Positions 1 to 22,013 of a stretch of 64,000 bases of DNA are shown here, in pieces. The position numbers and the translations under genes were made by a program. The stretch is from Amoebidium appalachense (lineage: Eukaryota > Protista > Ichthyosporea), in assembly GCA_963693365.1 (NCBI GenBank), contig CAVNZM010000006.1, positions 2,604,001 through 2,668,000 on the forward strand, read 5' to 3'. Each line of letters begins with the position of its first letter. Position 1 is the first letter of the stretch. The notes beneath the pieces are model-generated. The model was not told the DNA's origin. It searched no databases and worked only from the letters and a program-made list of their open reading frames with translations.

Positions 1-1292
1 TGCGACTTTATTATTAGCTAGATGCAAAATTGGCGTGAGATCAGACTCTGAGATTAACTTAACACGCAGAGGTAAACTTAACCGGCAGCCAAACACACAA
101 GAACGAACTGGGGGTGCTATGTAGGTGGAGCCATGCAAAAATATTAGAACGCATCCTTGCGGCATTGAGCAAACGGCAGAATCCACATATAAGCGCCGCT
201 CCCCCCCCCCCCCCCCCCCCCTCCCCACCTCACCCACACCCCTCCCTTCTCCTTCACCCATACACAAAACAAATCACCACAATTCACAACGGTTAAGTGA
301 ATGACGAAGCAAACCAAAAAAGAAAAAAAAAAGAAAAAAAAAGAAAGAAAAGAAAATCCTTGTGGTGGTGGTGGTGGTGGTGAAGGGGGGGTGGGGGGAG
401 GGGGGGGGGGGGGAGGGGGGGGGGGGGGGGGGGGGGAGGGGGGGAGGCAGAAAAGAGAAAATAGAAGAGTGCAAGACCAATGGCAAGGCCGTGTCCTTGC
501 CCATTCTTTGTAGTACTCGAGTATGGTCACGTGCGCGTCTCGCATGAATGGTTCGTTTTTAAACGGGTTTTCTTTGAGGAACGGCCGCAGCCACGACGAC
601 GAAGTGACATGTGGAATTCGAACTGCCAGCTACTTTGCATTCCGATTGGTTAGTCTCTAGGTATGGCTTAGCCAATCAGTTACCTACTGGCATGTCTTAA
701 ACCCATCACACAACAGCACTGACAACAAGGCAAAAGAAAGCGAGTTCTTTTGTAGCCTGTCTTCAACCCTTCCCTCCCTTCAACCCCCCCCCCCCCCTCC
801 CCCCTCCCCAGCCCCCCCCTCCCCCCCCACACACACACACACCTTCTGTATGAGTGTCTGGGTGTGAGAGAGCATGCTCGTGCAAGGCACGGTGTGTGGG
901 CTAGTGTGTGCATACAAGTTCCCTTGTGTGTGGTGTGTCTGCTTCTAGAGGGAGTTTCGGGAGTGCGGCAGGGAGGGTGGGGAGGGGGGAAGGTGGCCGG
1001 GGGTGGGTGGGTGGGGGGGGGGGGGGGGGGGGGGGGGGAGGGGGGGGAGAGGGGGGGAGGAGGGGGGGGGGGGGGATTCGGATTACGTGAGGATAGTAAG
1101 TTGGAAAGAGAGTGACTAAGAGGCATGCCGTCCGTGCAAAAGCAAAAAGGGCACAAAAGGATAGATGGATGAAGTCCATATGACAGGGGAGAGAGGATGT
1201 GGGGAATTCGACGAAAGTCAGCATGTGAGCATGAAAAGGGCAGTGTGGAAAGGCCGGGGAGGGGGGGGGGGGGGGGAAGGGGGAGGAGGGGT

Positions 1293-1323
<31 letters not shown>

Positions 1324-2659
1324 GGGGCTTGAGAGATGGGCGAGTGAGAGCCACAGGATATACCCATGCTCCCCCCTCCCCTCCCCCCCCTCCCCCCCCC
1401 CCCCCCCCGTCCCCCCTTCAACTGGCATAACCAAGGTTCCTGATTGGTTGCTCTGTAAACCACTGCATGTTTGATTGGCGGTGGCTGCGGTTGGCATAAG
1501 GAAGTTTGAAGGAAGAAGTAAAGAGGGAGAAGGGAGGGGGGGAAGAGGGGAGTTGGGGGAGTGGATGGGGGGTTGGAATTGAGAGGAGATGAGATATTAG
1601 ACGAGAGGCGACCAGCCTATTACCTAAAAAGGCACACACAAGAGAATCTGCACCGGAAAATGAGGGTTGCACGGTTCCCCCACCCGGACCTTGCGCTTTT
1701 CGACTTTGCAGAGTTATTTGGTACAGACAAACCATTTAGGCAACCGGTAACGGGATGAGGCATACATGTAAAGCCTGTAAGCCTATAGCACACACACATA
1801 TTGAGTAAAGGCAGGCAACGGCACCGTGATGTCTATTGGCACACAAGTAATAGGCATCAGACACATCCAGGCACACACACACATACACATAACAGGTACA
1901 CGTGGCCACACATTATGATAGGCACACACTTTTATAGTCGCACACACATGCGGACACACACACACGTTGGCACATACGTTTACAGACACACACTTCTCAT
2001 TATACACTCATAGGCACACTCATGTGAAAGTGCTCGTTATACTTGCACTCACACACATCGAAATATATGTCCATGCGCGCAAAAGATCATACACACCTAT
2101 CTAGGCACACAGGTTATGTGTGAAGACACGTGCACAGCTGTGGTGCACCCATAGATAGGCACTCATACAGTCAGGTGCAACTCTATATCAGCACACACGT
2201 ATATAGGCACATTCAATATTGTTGGCAAACAACACAAATTGTACAGGCACACACATACATAAAGGCAGACACGCGTGTGTAGGCACACACATCAATCTTT
2301 ATATAAGCAGTGCCACACGCAAACGGGCATAACATCTTTAGGCAAACACGTGTTATATACACACATGGACAGGCACGCCAATATAATTAGACACGTACAC
2401 ACACATGGGCACACACCCACCCAACATCCCTTCCCGGTGCTCTACTCCCCCCCCTTCTTACACCCTTTAGTACCTGTACCAGCAGCCACACCAGGGGCGG
2501 GGGAGGAGGGGGGAGGGGAAGGGGAGGGGAGAGGGAGGGGGGGGATGGCAGCCCACTGCACCGGCATACACCGTGGCAGAGGGCCATTCTGGCTGCTCCC
2601 CTCCCTCCCCCCCCCTCCCCTCCCCCCCCTCTCCCCCCCCCTCCCCCCCTCCCTCCCCC

Positions 2660-2690
<31 letters not shown>

Positions 2691-2699
2691 AAAAAAGAA

Positions 2700-2755
<56 letters not shown>

Positions 2756-3055
2756 AAAGAAAAGAAAAAGAAAGAAAAAACCACGTATACCTACCAAATC
2801 AGTCGCGCTGCTCTCATTGTCACCCATGAACTCTGAGACATGGACGTGGTCTGCGTGTCCAATCAATTTGACACGTCACAGTGAAATGTGCTGCATCTAA
2901 GCTGCAAGCCCCTGAGATTTAAATGGAAAGCTGACGTGAGAGCAGGGGTAAACGGCCACACACACAGGAACCAACTAGGGATGCTAGGGCGATCCATGCA
3001 CAATCACTAAAAGACAACTTTTGCCAATTGGCGCAAAAGAGGGAATTAACACATA

Positions 3056-3090
<35 letters not shown>

Positions 3091-3462
3091 CCCACCCCCC
3101 CCCCCCCCTACCCCACACCGGCCCACACCCCACCCCTTTTCACCCAAACACACTATGTTGGAAAATCACCAACATCCAAACGGTTAGTAAATAACATAGC
3201 AAACCAGAAACAAGGAAAAATAAAGGGGGGGGGGGGGGGGGGGGGGGGGGGGAGCTGGAAGAGAGAATAGAAGAAGTTTGAAAGAACGTTAGCAAAGAGC
3301 CCCGTCCCAGCTATTGCAAGAAACGAGGACTCTCATTCACACCCATGCACAGTAGTGGCCGTGCACACCTCTACCAACTGGCACGTCTTAGACCCACCAC
3401 ACAATAGCACCAACACCAAAACAAAAAACACAGGTGAGTACTTGTGTGGCCTGCCCCCCCCT

Positions 3463-3497
<35 letters not shown>

Positions 3498-5530
3498 ACC
3501 CTACCCCACCCCAACAACCCAACACACGACTCACCCCGGGCGTTCTCTATGTGTGGTTGTGTGTGTGCGCGCACACACTCATGCTACAATGTGTGTGTGT
3601 GTGTACGCGTTATTGTGTGTGTGGTGTGTATGCTCCTAAGGGGGGGCCCCCCTCTGTGTGTGTGCGTGTGTTGGGGGGGGGGGGGGGGGGGGGGGGGAGG
3701 GGGGGGGGGGGGGGGGGGGGGAAGGGGGGAGGGGGGGGGGGGGGGGGTCACAGGTGGCACAGGAGAGTAAGTTGTAACGAATAGCTGATGGGCATGCCGT
3801 TTTTGCAAAAGGGGATAGACGGGTAGAAGGGTGGGTACGTAGACTGAGGGGAGGGATTATAGGAAGAGATGAGGATTAGAAAAGGACAGTTTTCAAGGGG
3901 AGGGGGGGGGAGGGGAGGAGGGGAGGGGGGAGGGGCCGGGGGGAGGGGCCGGGGGGATGGAGGGGGGTGGGGGGTGGCGGGGGGGAGGGGGGTTACAGGA
4001 CTTGTGGGTTGTATGATGATGAGAGTCGCAGAATAAACCCCTGCTTCCCTCCCCCCCCCTCTCCCCCCCTCCCCCCCCCCCACCCCTCCCCCCACCCCTC
4101 CTCCAATTGGCTTTTTCGAAGTTGTTTAAACCGCTTCATGTTTGATTGGCTGTGGCCGTGGGGTGGAAATGAGGAGGAGGAGGAGGGGGAGAGAGTGGGG
4201 AAGGTGGGGGGTGGGGGGCGGAGGGGGCCGGTGGGAGGAGTGAGGGAGGGAGGGGATAAGGAGGGGGAGGGGAGGAGGCGGGAGCCTCCAAGTTACCAGG
4301 TGGATCACCAAGATGTTTCCTTAAAAGTCATACACACGAGGCCTGTTTGGGGCAATAGGGATTGCACGGTAAAAGTAACCAAAACGTGCTCAGATCTATA
4401 GGCACAGAGACATATATGGACACACACACAATATTATAGGCACACACGTATGCGCATGAATACATGTGTATTGGTACAGAAAATATAGATATGCTGTCAC
4501 ATCTAGGCACACACACGTACACACACCAAATACACATCCAGGTACACACGTAGTATTTGTGTCCACACATTATAATAGGCACACACTCATAACACACACA
4601 CACATACAGCATACAGGAATACACAGGCACGCACACGCAGGCACACGCATTTGCAGGTGCAAACATCAATTGTACACATATAGGCGCACACGTTTGCAAG
4701 CACATACGAGTTTGTACACGAACAGGCATTCACACATGCAGAAGCCCACATCAATATAAATGTAGGGAACCAAGCCAAAGTATGTGCGCAGGCCAAAAAA
4801 AGGCATACAAACCTATCTAGGCACCCAGGTTAGTGTGAAGATAGGTGTGTAGAGGTGTGCTGCATTCATATATATATAGGCACACACACAGTCAGGCACA
4901 TCTCGATATCAGCACACAACTATACAGGCACATACACATTGTTGGCAATTGACACACAAACAGTAACGGTACACAGACATAAAGGCAGACGCATATGCGT
5001 AAGCAAAACTTTCAAGCAGTGCCACATACATACGGGCACAAGCATCTGTAGGCACACGTTTACAAGGCGCACACATGGATCCGCACAACGTGGCTAGACA
5101 CGCACACACAAATTTGCGGGAACCCACAAATACTTTTCTCCGTGCCCCATCCCTCCTACTTACACCCTTCAGTACCTGTCTCAGCAGCCACACAGGAGGG
5201 GGGGGGGGGGGGCAGCCGACCGCTGGTGTATATATAGAGGACCATCCCGATGCCCCCCCCCTCCCCCCCCCCCCCCCCCTCCCCCCTCTCCCCTCCCCTC
5301 CCCCCCCCCCCCCTCCCCCCCCCTCTCCCCTCCCCCCTTCCCCCCCCTCCCCCCCCCCCCCCCCCCCCCCACAAAAAAAAAAAAAAAAAAAAAAAAAACA
5401 CGTGCACGGCCCACCCCATGTGTGCCCATAAGAGGCAGTTGTGGGGGTCTCTTTGTTCACCTATGCGCCTAACCACCAACGTGGTTAATGTCTCCAATCA
5501 AGTTGACACGTTAAACTGCAGCCCAATCAA
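1..5530. repeat. Degenerate non-coding tandem duplication, unit about 2.7-2.9 kb (unit 1 ~1-2900, unit 2 ~2905-5530; fragment of a third start ~5810-5890)
   Basis: Colinear similar blocks seen by eye: acacacaagaacgaactggg (~83) vs acacacaggaaccaactaggg (~2960); ggcatgccgt (~1122 vs ~3791); catgtttgattggc (~1467 vs ~4137); acctatctaggcac (~2095 vs ~4811); caccctt.agtacctgt (~2461 vs ~5163); tccaatcaa.ttgacacgt (~2858 vs ~5493). Confidence 0.75.
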
Positions 5531-6301
5531 ATGGGTGCGACTTGACATATTCCAACTGCAGAGAATGTAATACTAATTGCTGTTTCTCAATCTCCGATTA
5601 GAACTACCACCATTATATTACCCCCTGCCTATCCGACGGCTTAACGTATAGTAATAATTTTGCTGCCCTATATTGTTGCCTACCATATATAAATATCACT
5701 GGCTGCACCTGATTGGGTAGGCTAGAAAGCACAGTAGGCCGTCATGCATGTGAGTCTAGCCCCCGCGACATGTGCATAGCAATAAAATTGCACATAATCC
5801 CCCCAGCTATATGCTCCTGAGATATAATGGAGCTGGTGTGACAGCAGACACACACACTTGCCATGTGATCAAACACACAGGAATCAACTTGTGATATATA
5901 CTATAATAGGCATGTACATATGCCTGTATACAGGCACCAATTTGAGTGTGACACATGTGCATTCACCCAATTCGAAATAAACGTATTAGCGAAGCCATGC
6001 GCATTATCTATAAAACAAACCTTGTGCGGCACTGAGTAGACAAGAGGTGGAAAAAAATTCCACACCCTCACCCCCCCCCCCCCCCTGCCCTTTTTCTTTT
6101 TTTCTTTTTTCTTTTCCTTTAGGTTCAAAGAATGATATGGTATGCTTTAGCAATGGTGGTGATTTGGGGGGGGGGGGGGGGGGGGGGGAGGGGGGTGGGA
6201 CCTATGGATTAGGCCGAAGCAGCCTCATGGGGAGTTTTGCCGCAAGAGAGTTCGATATAAATTCTCTTGGGTGAGCAACCCTAGTGTGTAGGTGTTTTGG
6301 G

Positions 6302-6351
<50 letters not shown>

Positions 6352-7136
6352 GTAACTGAAAGACAGTACCGGGTTGTTACACAATAAAGCCACGGTAGAG
6401 CAAACCAAACACATAATTTTGTTCGTAAACGTTCAATGTGTACGGACAGCACAATGGTGAGCTGTCACTTTGCTGTGGTTCCACACCCAAGACCCATTGC
6501 TGTGGGTCTGTTGCAGTATGTGTGGGTGGAAATGCGAAACTGATCTGGTTTGCATGGAGACCGAATGCAGCTAACAAAAAACAAAACTACATTTTGTGTT
6601 AGGAATTGGGGTTGGGGCTCGGGGATTATTGGCAAACAGCGCGTATCAGGGTAGTCGTTTGTTCCCATAGGAAAAAATCATCAATTTAATCATAGAAATA
6701 CCAGTCAAGCATTTTTAACGGTGGCTTTTGATAGGCTTATATGGCCAACAGAACGTGCGGGTACAGGGACTTTCCTGCCTGCGCTTGCATGACAGAACCC
6801 TTGCCTCCATCGCACCAAAACAAAATTCCAAACTAGAAAATTCAACTATTTGGATAAATTATTGGGCCCTGGTTGCCCTCCGGTAGATATGGGGGTGGGG
6901 TTCTAGCATTGCATTGCACACTACTGACTATCCACAGGAAATCTATACATCGTACATCGATTATCCCTAGGATATCTATCTACATAATAATCATATACAG
7001 TGGTTGCTGCTCCCAGCTCACAGTGACGGGTTATGCACGGCGCACCTGCATGATACACACACGCAGCTTTTCCATGCACACTTAAAGTGCATGGTTGTTC
7101 ATACCAAACTAGATTAAAGAGACACCTTGAGAGCGC

Positions 7137-9017
7137 TTAAGCCATGGACACCTCACTCTGGGTCTTACGTGTGCGGTAGGCAGCGGCACCAACCACGACA
7201 CCGACAGCAGCGAATGCGGCACCACCGAGGGCCAGGGGAAGGGTCTCGAAGCTGCTGGCAGGGGCGACCGTGCGATCCTCCACCTCGACGTCGTTCACAA
7301 ACACGGCACGGCGGCGGCTGGCAGACAAGGCGGCACGGAACATGTCGGCAACAGGGGTGGCCTCGGGGGCAACACCCTCCTCGACATCGCCGGTGGTGGG
7401 CTTGCTGGCGGGCTTGGCAGGGGTGACGGGCTTCTCCGCACCGCCGGCGGCGGCCGGGGCCCCAGGGGCAGTGGCAGGCTTGGCGGGCTTCTCCGCACCG
7501 CCGGCGGCGGCCGGAGCCTCGGGGGCAGCGGCAGGCTTCTCGGCACCGCCAGCGGCGGCCGGGGCCTCGGGGGCAGCGGCAGGCTTCTCGGCACCGCCAG
7601 CGGCGGCCGGGGCCTCGGGGGCAGCGGCAGGCTTCTCGGCACCGCCAGCGGCGGCCGGGGCCTCGGGGGCAGCGGCAGGCTTCTCGGCACCGCCAGCGGC
7701 GGCCGGGGCCTCGGGGGCAGCGGCAGGCTTCTCGGCACCGCCAGCAGCGGCCGGGGCCTCGGGGGCAGCGGCAGGCTTCTCGGCGCTGCTAGCAGCGGGG
7801 GCAGGCTCATAGCCAGCAACGGCGGCACCGGGGGCCTTGGGGCCGGCAGCGGCCGTGGCAGCGGGGGCCTCGGCAGCAGGGGCCTCGGTGGGGGTGGGGG
7901 CATCACCAGCAGCAACGGCCTCGGTGGCAGCAGGGGCCTCCACGCCAGCGGCAGCAGGGGCCTCAGCAGCACCAGTGGCAGCGGCGGGGGCCTCGGCGGC
8001 GGCCGTGGCAGCATGGGCAGGGGCCACAGCAGCCTCGGTGGCGGGGGCCTCGTCAGCGGGAGCAACGGTGGCGGCGGGAACGGCAGCATGGGCCGTGGTG
8101 TGGGCAGCGGCAGCGGTGGCGGCATGGGCAGCATGAGCAGTTGTGGCTGGAGGGAGGGACATGTTAATGCTTGCAGCAAACCAGTGTGAAGGCTGACTGT
8201 TAGAAGGTGGACAACATGCTTGGGCAGCCATATGGGGTGACGACGGGTGGGGGGAGAGCAACACAAGCAAACCTAAATTAGCATATTATAGGCAATGATT
8301 TAAGCAGATTGTTCTCGTCTGCCGCATTTCTGACTCTGAGACTGAGTCATTTGATCACACAACGGAACATGCTTGAGCATTTCAAGTTGGCCCCAGCAGA
8401 TATGACGCAAGGAATTATTTAAGGCTCCTTCTGTAGCTCTAATCAACCCGGTTTCAAAGAGTAGTCTCACCAAGTGTCTCGACTGGTCACGAGGCTACAA
8501 GCTATGAGGTTATTTTGGTCGCTTACTTATCTGTAAAATAGCTTAGTTTACGGATATCGTCGAAAGGACAGGTATCTACACTAGCAAGGCTGAATAAAGT
8601 AGTCGGGGCCCATGCATTTGTCTATAATAGCTGTGGGTGGTCGAAACCCACCCTTATCGACCCTTCTGATCAGGGACCATTGCCTGCCCGCTGCCACCAC
8701 CCCACCATCCCTTCCTGCCCCACCCCAACACGCGCATGCAGGGGCACAACAATACCTGTGGGGGCAGCAACGGCAGCGGTCTCGGCTACGACCTCGACCA
8801 CATCCTTCTCGGGGGCAGCGGCCGTGGTGTGGGCGGGCACATGGGCGGCAGTGGTTGCGTGTGCCGCGTGTGTGGTGCCAGCAGCATGATGGGTGGTAGC
8901 CTCAGCAGCAGCGGCGGCGGCGGGGGCAGCAGCGGCGGCGGCGGGGGCAGCAGCCTCCTGGGCGACGCTGGCGCCAGCCATGGCCAGCACGGCAACAACA
9001 GCAAAATTCATACGCAT
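7137..9017 (-). CDS. Ala/Pro/Glu-rich, mucin-like type-I membrane (cell-surface) protein, about 423 aa, 2 exons (9017-8756, 8146-7137)
   Basis: ATG in ttcaccATG context. N-terminal signal-peptide-like MRMNFAVVAVLAMAGASVA. Phase-1 GT-AG intron (cacag|gtatt ... ccctccag|cc) joins the exons in frame. C-terminal hydrophobic helix LPLALGGAAFAAVGVVVGAAAY is followed by basic RTRK and a short tail. Confidence 0.85.
7430..7785 (-). repeat. Coding 48-bp minisatellite (16-aa unit APAAAGGAEKPAAAPE), about 6 near-perfect plus 2 degenerate units
   Basis: Units of ggggcctcgggggcagcggcaggcttctcggcaccgccagcggcggcc start at 7513, 7561, 7609, 7657, 7705 and 7753 on the + strand. Confidence 0.95.
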
Positions 9018-10720
9018 GGTGAAGGGTAGAGTCACACTCGGGTGAGTGGCGAGACTAGTTGCACGTGTGGGCTACAGCGGAAATGCGGTCTTGGCGGGAC
9101 GCCACAGTGTTTATGTACCACCCAAATCCGCCAAGATGATTGGATTAAAGCTTAGCGCCGAGGACAAGCAAGTGAATTTCAGCCAATAGGTTAAGCGCAC
9201 CATGAGAGCAGCAAGATGGCGATAATCCGTCACACCACGCGTTCTTTGCCTGAAATAAAAGTTGTTACAACATATATTTCCCATCATATGTACTATTTCA
9301 TTATAGCGATGTATTATAAAAAAATTTACCTTATATCAAAGTTTGCAGTAGCTTATTTTGCAAACCACAACCGCTTTCGCGGTTGTTTCCTTTGGTGCGC
9401 AGGCGTTGTCACACAGTACATGTGGCATGATCATGACTCCTGATCGCGACTACAGCATCCATTCTGATAAGTTCGGCATGTACGCACATCTATCTGTGCG
9501 CATGATAGACACAGTATGAACGTAATGTGCTATTAGCAGTATAAATATATAGTACTCTGTAATTATCATGAAACGTACATGCTGGTCCTTGAGATTTACA
9601 TCCATTTTTTCCATTCCTGAATTTTCGACCTAGGTAAAGTGGCTACCAATCATCCTACAGGACGAGGTGATTCGACCAATCATAATCTTGGCGGCATGGC
9701 GAAATTATTGCGATATGATTGGATAAAGGATTCCCGCTAACAGTCATCCAATAGGAACGCACCAGCTGGAATGAGAATCAGCTTTCTCGGCTATTCTGTT
9801 GTTGAATGCATCTGCGTTGATTGGTCGGTCCAAACCGCTGTGCATGTGGCATAGAGCCTTTTTCGCCCCGTTTTGTGGCTGTGATATTTATGGAGCAGGT
9901 CTCTTATAGCCCTTGGCATAACGACGTTACCTGCCAAGTGTATTCCTCCCTGTATGTAGGCGTGGCATAGTACTATACTATAGGTATAGCAATACACCAA
10001 GCCTGTTGCAATTGCCAGCCTTGAGGTGTGTTGGCCGTGCTTGACTGAGTCACTGTAAGTGCAGAAACCAATAACGTCAGGGCGCTGTTGACCTGTGAAG
10101 CAAGTATAATAGGCCGACTAGTTTAGTTGTTTTTTATTATACCAATCTTCAGTCCTGGCAGCTCGCAACAGTCTAATCCATTGTCAAGCAAGATAGAGCA
10201 CTTGCCATTCCCTCCTTCCCCCATGAAATCGACCTTTTTCCATCCAGCATAGATCCCTTTTTCGTCTGCGTTCTGATACGCTAGCATGCGTGAAAAACTT
10301 TGATGCCTGGTTTTACGAGCAAGGGCTTATCTTGTGCGTGATTCCTCTTGTTATTTGCTCCTGGTGCTCCCCATCAACCAACAGACTCTGAGCAGGCTAG
10401 TTTGGGGGTTCATAATCATGACAATGAGCAAGATTGACATGTATGAGCAAGATTATGGATGCCAGCCTAGGAACTTTTATACAGTGAGCATCAGAATATC
10501 CGCATACACTTAGAGCAAGAATATTTGCTGAATGTGGGCTTGGAGTTTTTTAAACTGGTGGCCTGGGGCCGGGGGTGAGGGGTGCCCCGGTCGAGGGGGG
10601 AGGTTGAAGGGTGGGGAAGGGGCAGGAGGGAGGAAGGGGGAGGGGGTGCCCATCTTTTTCCCGTCACACTGCCTTTCCATTGTACACGTCTTCATTTACC
10701 CCTCCCACCACTTTCCAGAC

Positions 10721-10820
10721 CTTCATGTAAGCCACAGTAACACCCCATTGCAGACGTGGTGTTTGTTCCCCTTCATGTAAGCCACAGTAACACCCCATTG
10801 CAGACGTGGTGTTTGTTCCC
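10721..10820. repeat. Exact 50-bp tandem duplication
   Basis: cttcatgtaagccacagtaacaccccattgcagacgtggtgtttgttccc occurs at 10721-10770 and 10771-10820. Confidence 0.95.
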
Positions 10821-11873
10821 CCTGCATGTGCCGTGATGACCGCGATGACCACCGTATTATGCAGCATATTAGTCTCTCTGCTCAAGCATTCCCAACTCAG
10901 ACTCAGCAATCTTGCGTAGCAGTTAAAATTATCATAAAACTACTGGGATGACACAAGTGCCTCTGGCAAATGTATACTTGTCCTCAAAGCCTCCCCCCCC
11001 CCGCCCTCACCGTGACGACGACCACCCTCGCTATGTTAGCGCCCCACCTCGGGTTTATTCTCCTCTTCCTCCTCCTTCCTCCCATACAAAATCCACCCAC
11101 CCCCTGCCCATTACCCCCCAACCACACACCGGTACACACGAAAAAGAAGACAAGCCGGCTGTACATGTTCATCACAGGGCTCACAACATTACCAAAGCAT
11201 TACATACGAAGACTGGTCACCACAGCAAGACCACACCCATCCCTCCCCCTTCCCCCCCCCTCCCCCGCCCCCTACCCCCTCTTCTCCCCGGACCCCTTCT
11301 TCATTTTATGCACATGATATTGAATCTCCAAAAATATATGTAGCTGCAACAATGCATAAGTAATAACAGGCCACACACACAGACTCGTGGTAATTAGTCT
11401 ACATGATATCACGACTGATCGGAGCAGCAGCTTATGGTTTTATTAGCTAAATGAGGCTTGAAAGTTTACATGTGTTGTTACTGCATTCATATTCCTCATA
11501 CGAATTTTAATTATGCACCCTGCCTACCCCTGTATGCATATGTCTACACTATTGCTGCTGCTGGCAGCACGCACAGTGATTTTTCCCACCTGCCTGTGTC
11601 TGGCATGTTAGGATCCAATACTACTACCATAATGTGTGTTGGGTATTATGGTAGTAGTATTGGACAGAGGGCATTCATCCCTTCCCTCCTCTGCCCCCCC
11701 CCCATCTCCCGACGCCACACACACACAGACACACAGACACAGTTTTGAGTATGTGTGTGTGGATAGAAGGCTATTGCAGTAATCAGTTCACATGCGTGTA
11801 ATATGGTGTGTGTGTGTGTGTGTGTGTGCCAATCATGGTGCAAGCACTCTATTTATATAATTATAAATGCCCA

Positions 11874-19785
<7,912 letters not shown>

Positions 19786-21148
19786 TTCATCTGCGACAAC
19801 CGCAGCGGGGTTTAACCTATAGCTACGTGTTTGTAAATTCTTCCAGAAATGACTTTTAAAAAAAAAAAAATTAGATTGTCGTAGCAGGCACGCACGGAAA
19901 TCTATGTTTATATATCCACGGTCACCGTGCAATTGGAAGTTCTGTACGTACCAACACTATTTGTAGTGGCGCGGACAAGCTCGAGCTCCTTATTATGCCT
20001 CATGACCAAGCTATCCTATCCCACATGCCAAAACTGAAACCAAAAGTTTACTACGTGCATTGATACCTTAGAGCTTGCCTAATTCCTTTTTTCCTCTGTC
20101 GTGCCTAATGTTGAACTGGGGTTGCTCTAGATCTAGCTACAGAGTGGCCGCCGAAATTTAAGTTTGAATCAACTAAAAAGCCCACGTGCACTGTTACTAG
20201 GGCATCCTATTCTCTCAAGTATTGCAACCTTTGCACGGATAATAGGCTTTGTGATTACAGTAGGTTTACATATGTTTCTTGCCTGCCATACATACAGCTC
20301 TGTGTGTGCTAAAAACATCCCAGCTATTTCTTATTTTCCTTGATACAAGGCCGCTTGCCAAATGCCGCTATCGGTGTGCAAACCAGCGTATGTTAACACA
20401 GAAGCTTAGGTCTAGTACTCCACCTGGCCGTAAGTCATTTTGTCTAATATATTATTGGAATATCTGTAGATATTTAAAGTAACAATACATACGTCTGCAT
20501 ATTTTATTTTATAGTGTTACTGACCGCTGATAATCGTTTCTGTAACAACATCTGTCGACTCCTGAGTCACTCCTCTCAAGGGCCAAGGCCTGATAACGAT
20601 TGGATTAGCGCGCACCTTGTTGTTCTTCCAAAACTTATCTCAGAGCATCGGCCCCAGAATTTCAGAAGAAACAAATATGTATTACTGTATTTACTAAGCC
20701 ATAATACTTTGAAACACTAAGCCTTGCCACACCCAAAAACTGCTATAGGTTGTAGATGTTCATGCTAAATGGTGCGCATTTCACTAAAGGCACTCAGGTG
20801 CGCGGTGACAAGTTTATAGTTCGGCGACAAATTACAATACCGAATGTTATTATAATGGGAAAAAAATAAGCCTTTGTAAACAATTTCTAAGGGCGCCCGC
20901 GCCAAAGTTTTGGGGGCTGCTCCCAGCTTTCGATGGGATCCACCGGCGCCGGCGGACAGCCAGGCCTCCCAGGCTCGAGATGTTTAAACACCTTCAATCT
21001 TGAGAACAGAACACAACGGTTGCACAGTCTATTGCACCACTTGAAGAGGCTTTTGATGTACACGCACACGTGCTGGCACGCACACACACACACACAGACA
21101 CGCACGCACGCACACACACACACACACACACATACGCACACATACGCG

Positions 21149-21317
<169 letters not shown>

Positions 21318-21663
21318 ACACATGTAGGCTTATTATACAGGCCTGGACACATTCAAAAATTTCTGATTTGTAGAAGTGATGCACACATAATTCGGCGGTC
21401 GTAGCTATAGGGGTTGCTGTATGCCGTAGTTACAGGGGAACTCTGATTCCCCCGCTAGAATGGCGTTGACGGCCTACTTAGGTTTATGCGCTATAGGCAC
21501 TAGGCTAGTAGTATCATCCTGCCTGGTGGTATGCAGTATCATGGTCAGGTGGAAGACGGTAGCTTCTGTGCACGTGAGGTACCAACGGTGAAAATAAAAG
21601 AAAAAAGGGAAAATCACCATGTAGAAAGGTTCTGCCTTTTGCAAACGCAAAATTCATAATAAC

Positions 21664-21785
<122 letters not shown>

Positions 21786-22013
21786 TTTTTTTTTTTTAAG
21801 CTATATTTTTGCAGAGAATGTTTTGATAAGAGCCGCTGAGCAACATTCTGGTACAAGCTGGATAGGCAAATATTGTAAAAAGTAATAAATGCAATTCTGT
21901 TTTTTTTTTTTTGTTTTTTTTTGCAGAATTAGTTTCTGCTTCGGCAGCAATTTGCAAAGTCACTCGGCTGCCATAGTCAGAAAGCAAGATTCAGCTGGGG
22001 CAGTGCCACATGA

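Noticed and set aside
600-660. GTTCGAATTCC B-box/T-loop-like motif on the minus strand (similar motif near 61570)
   Set aside because: No T-stem, acceptor stem or A-box consistent with a tRNA.
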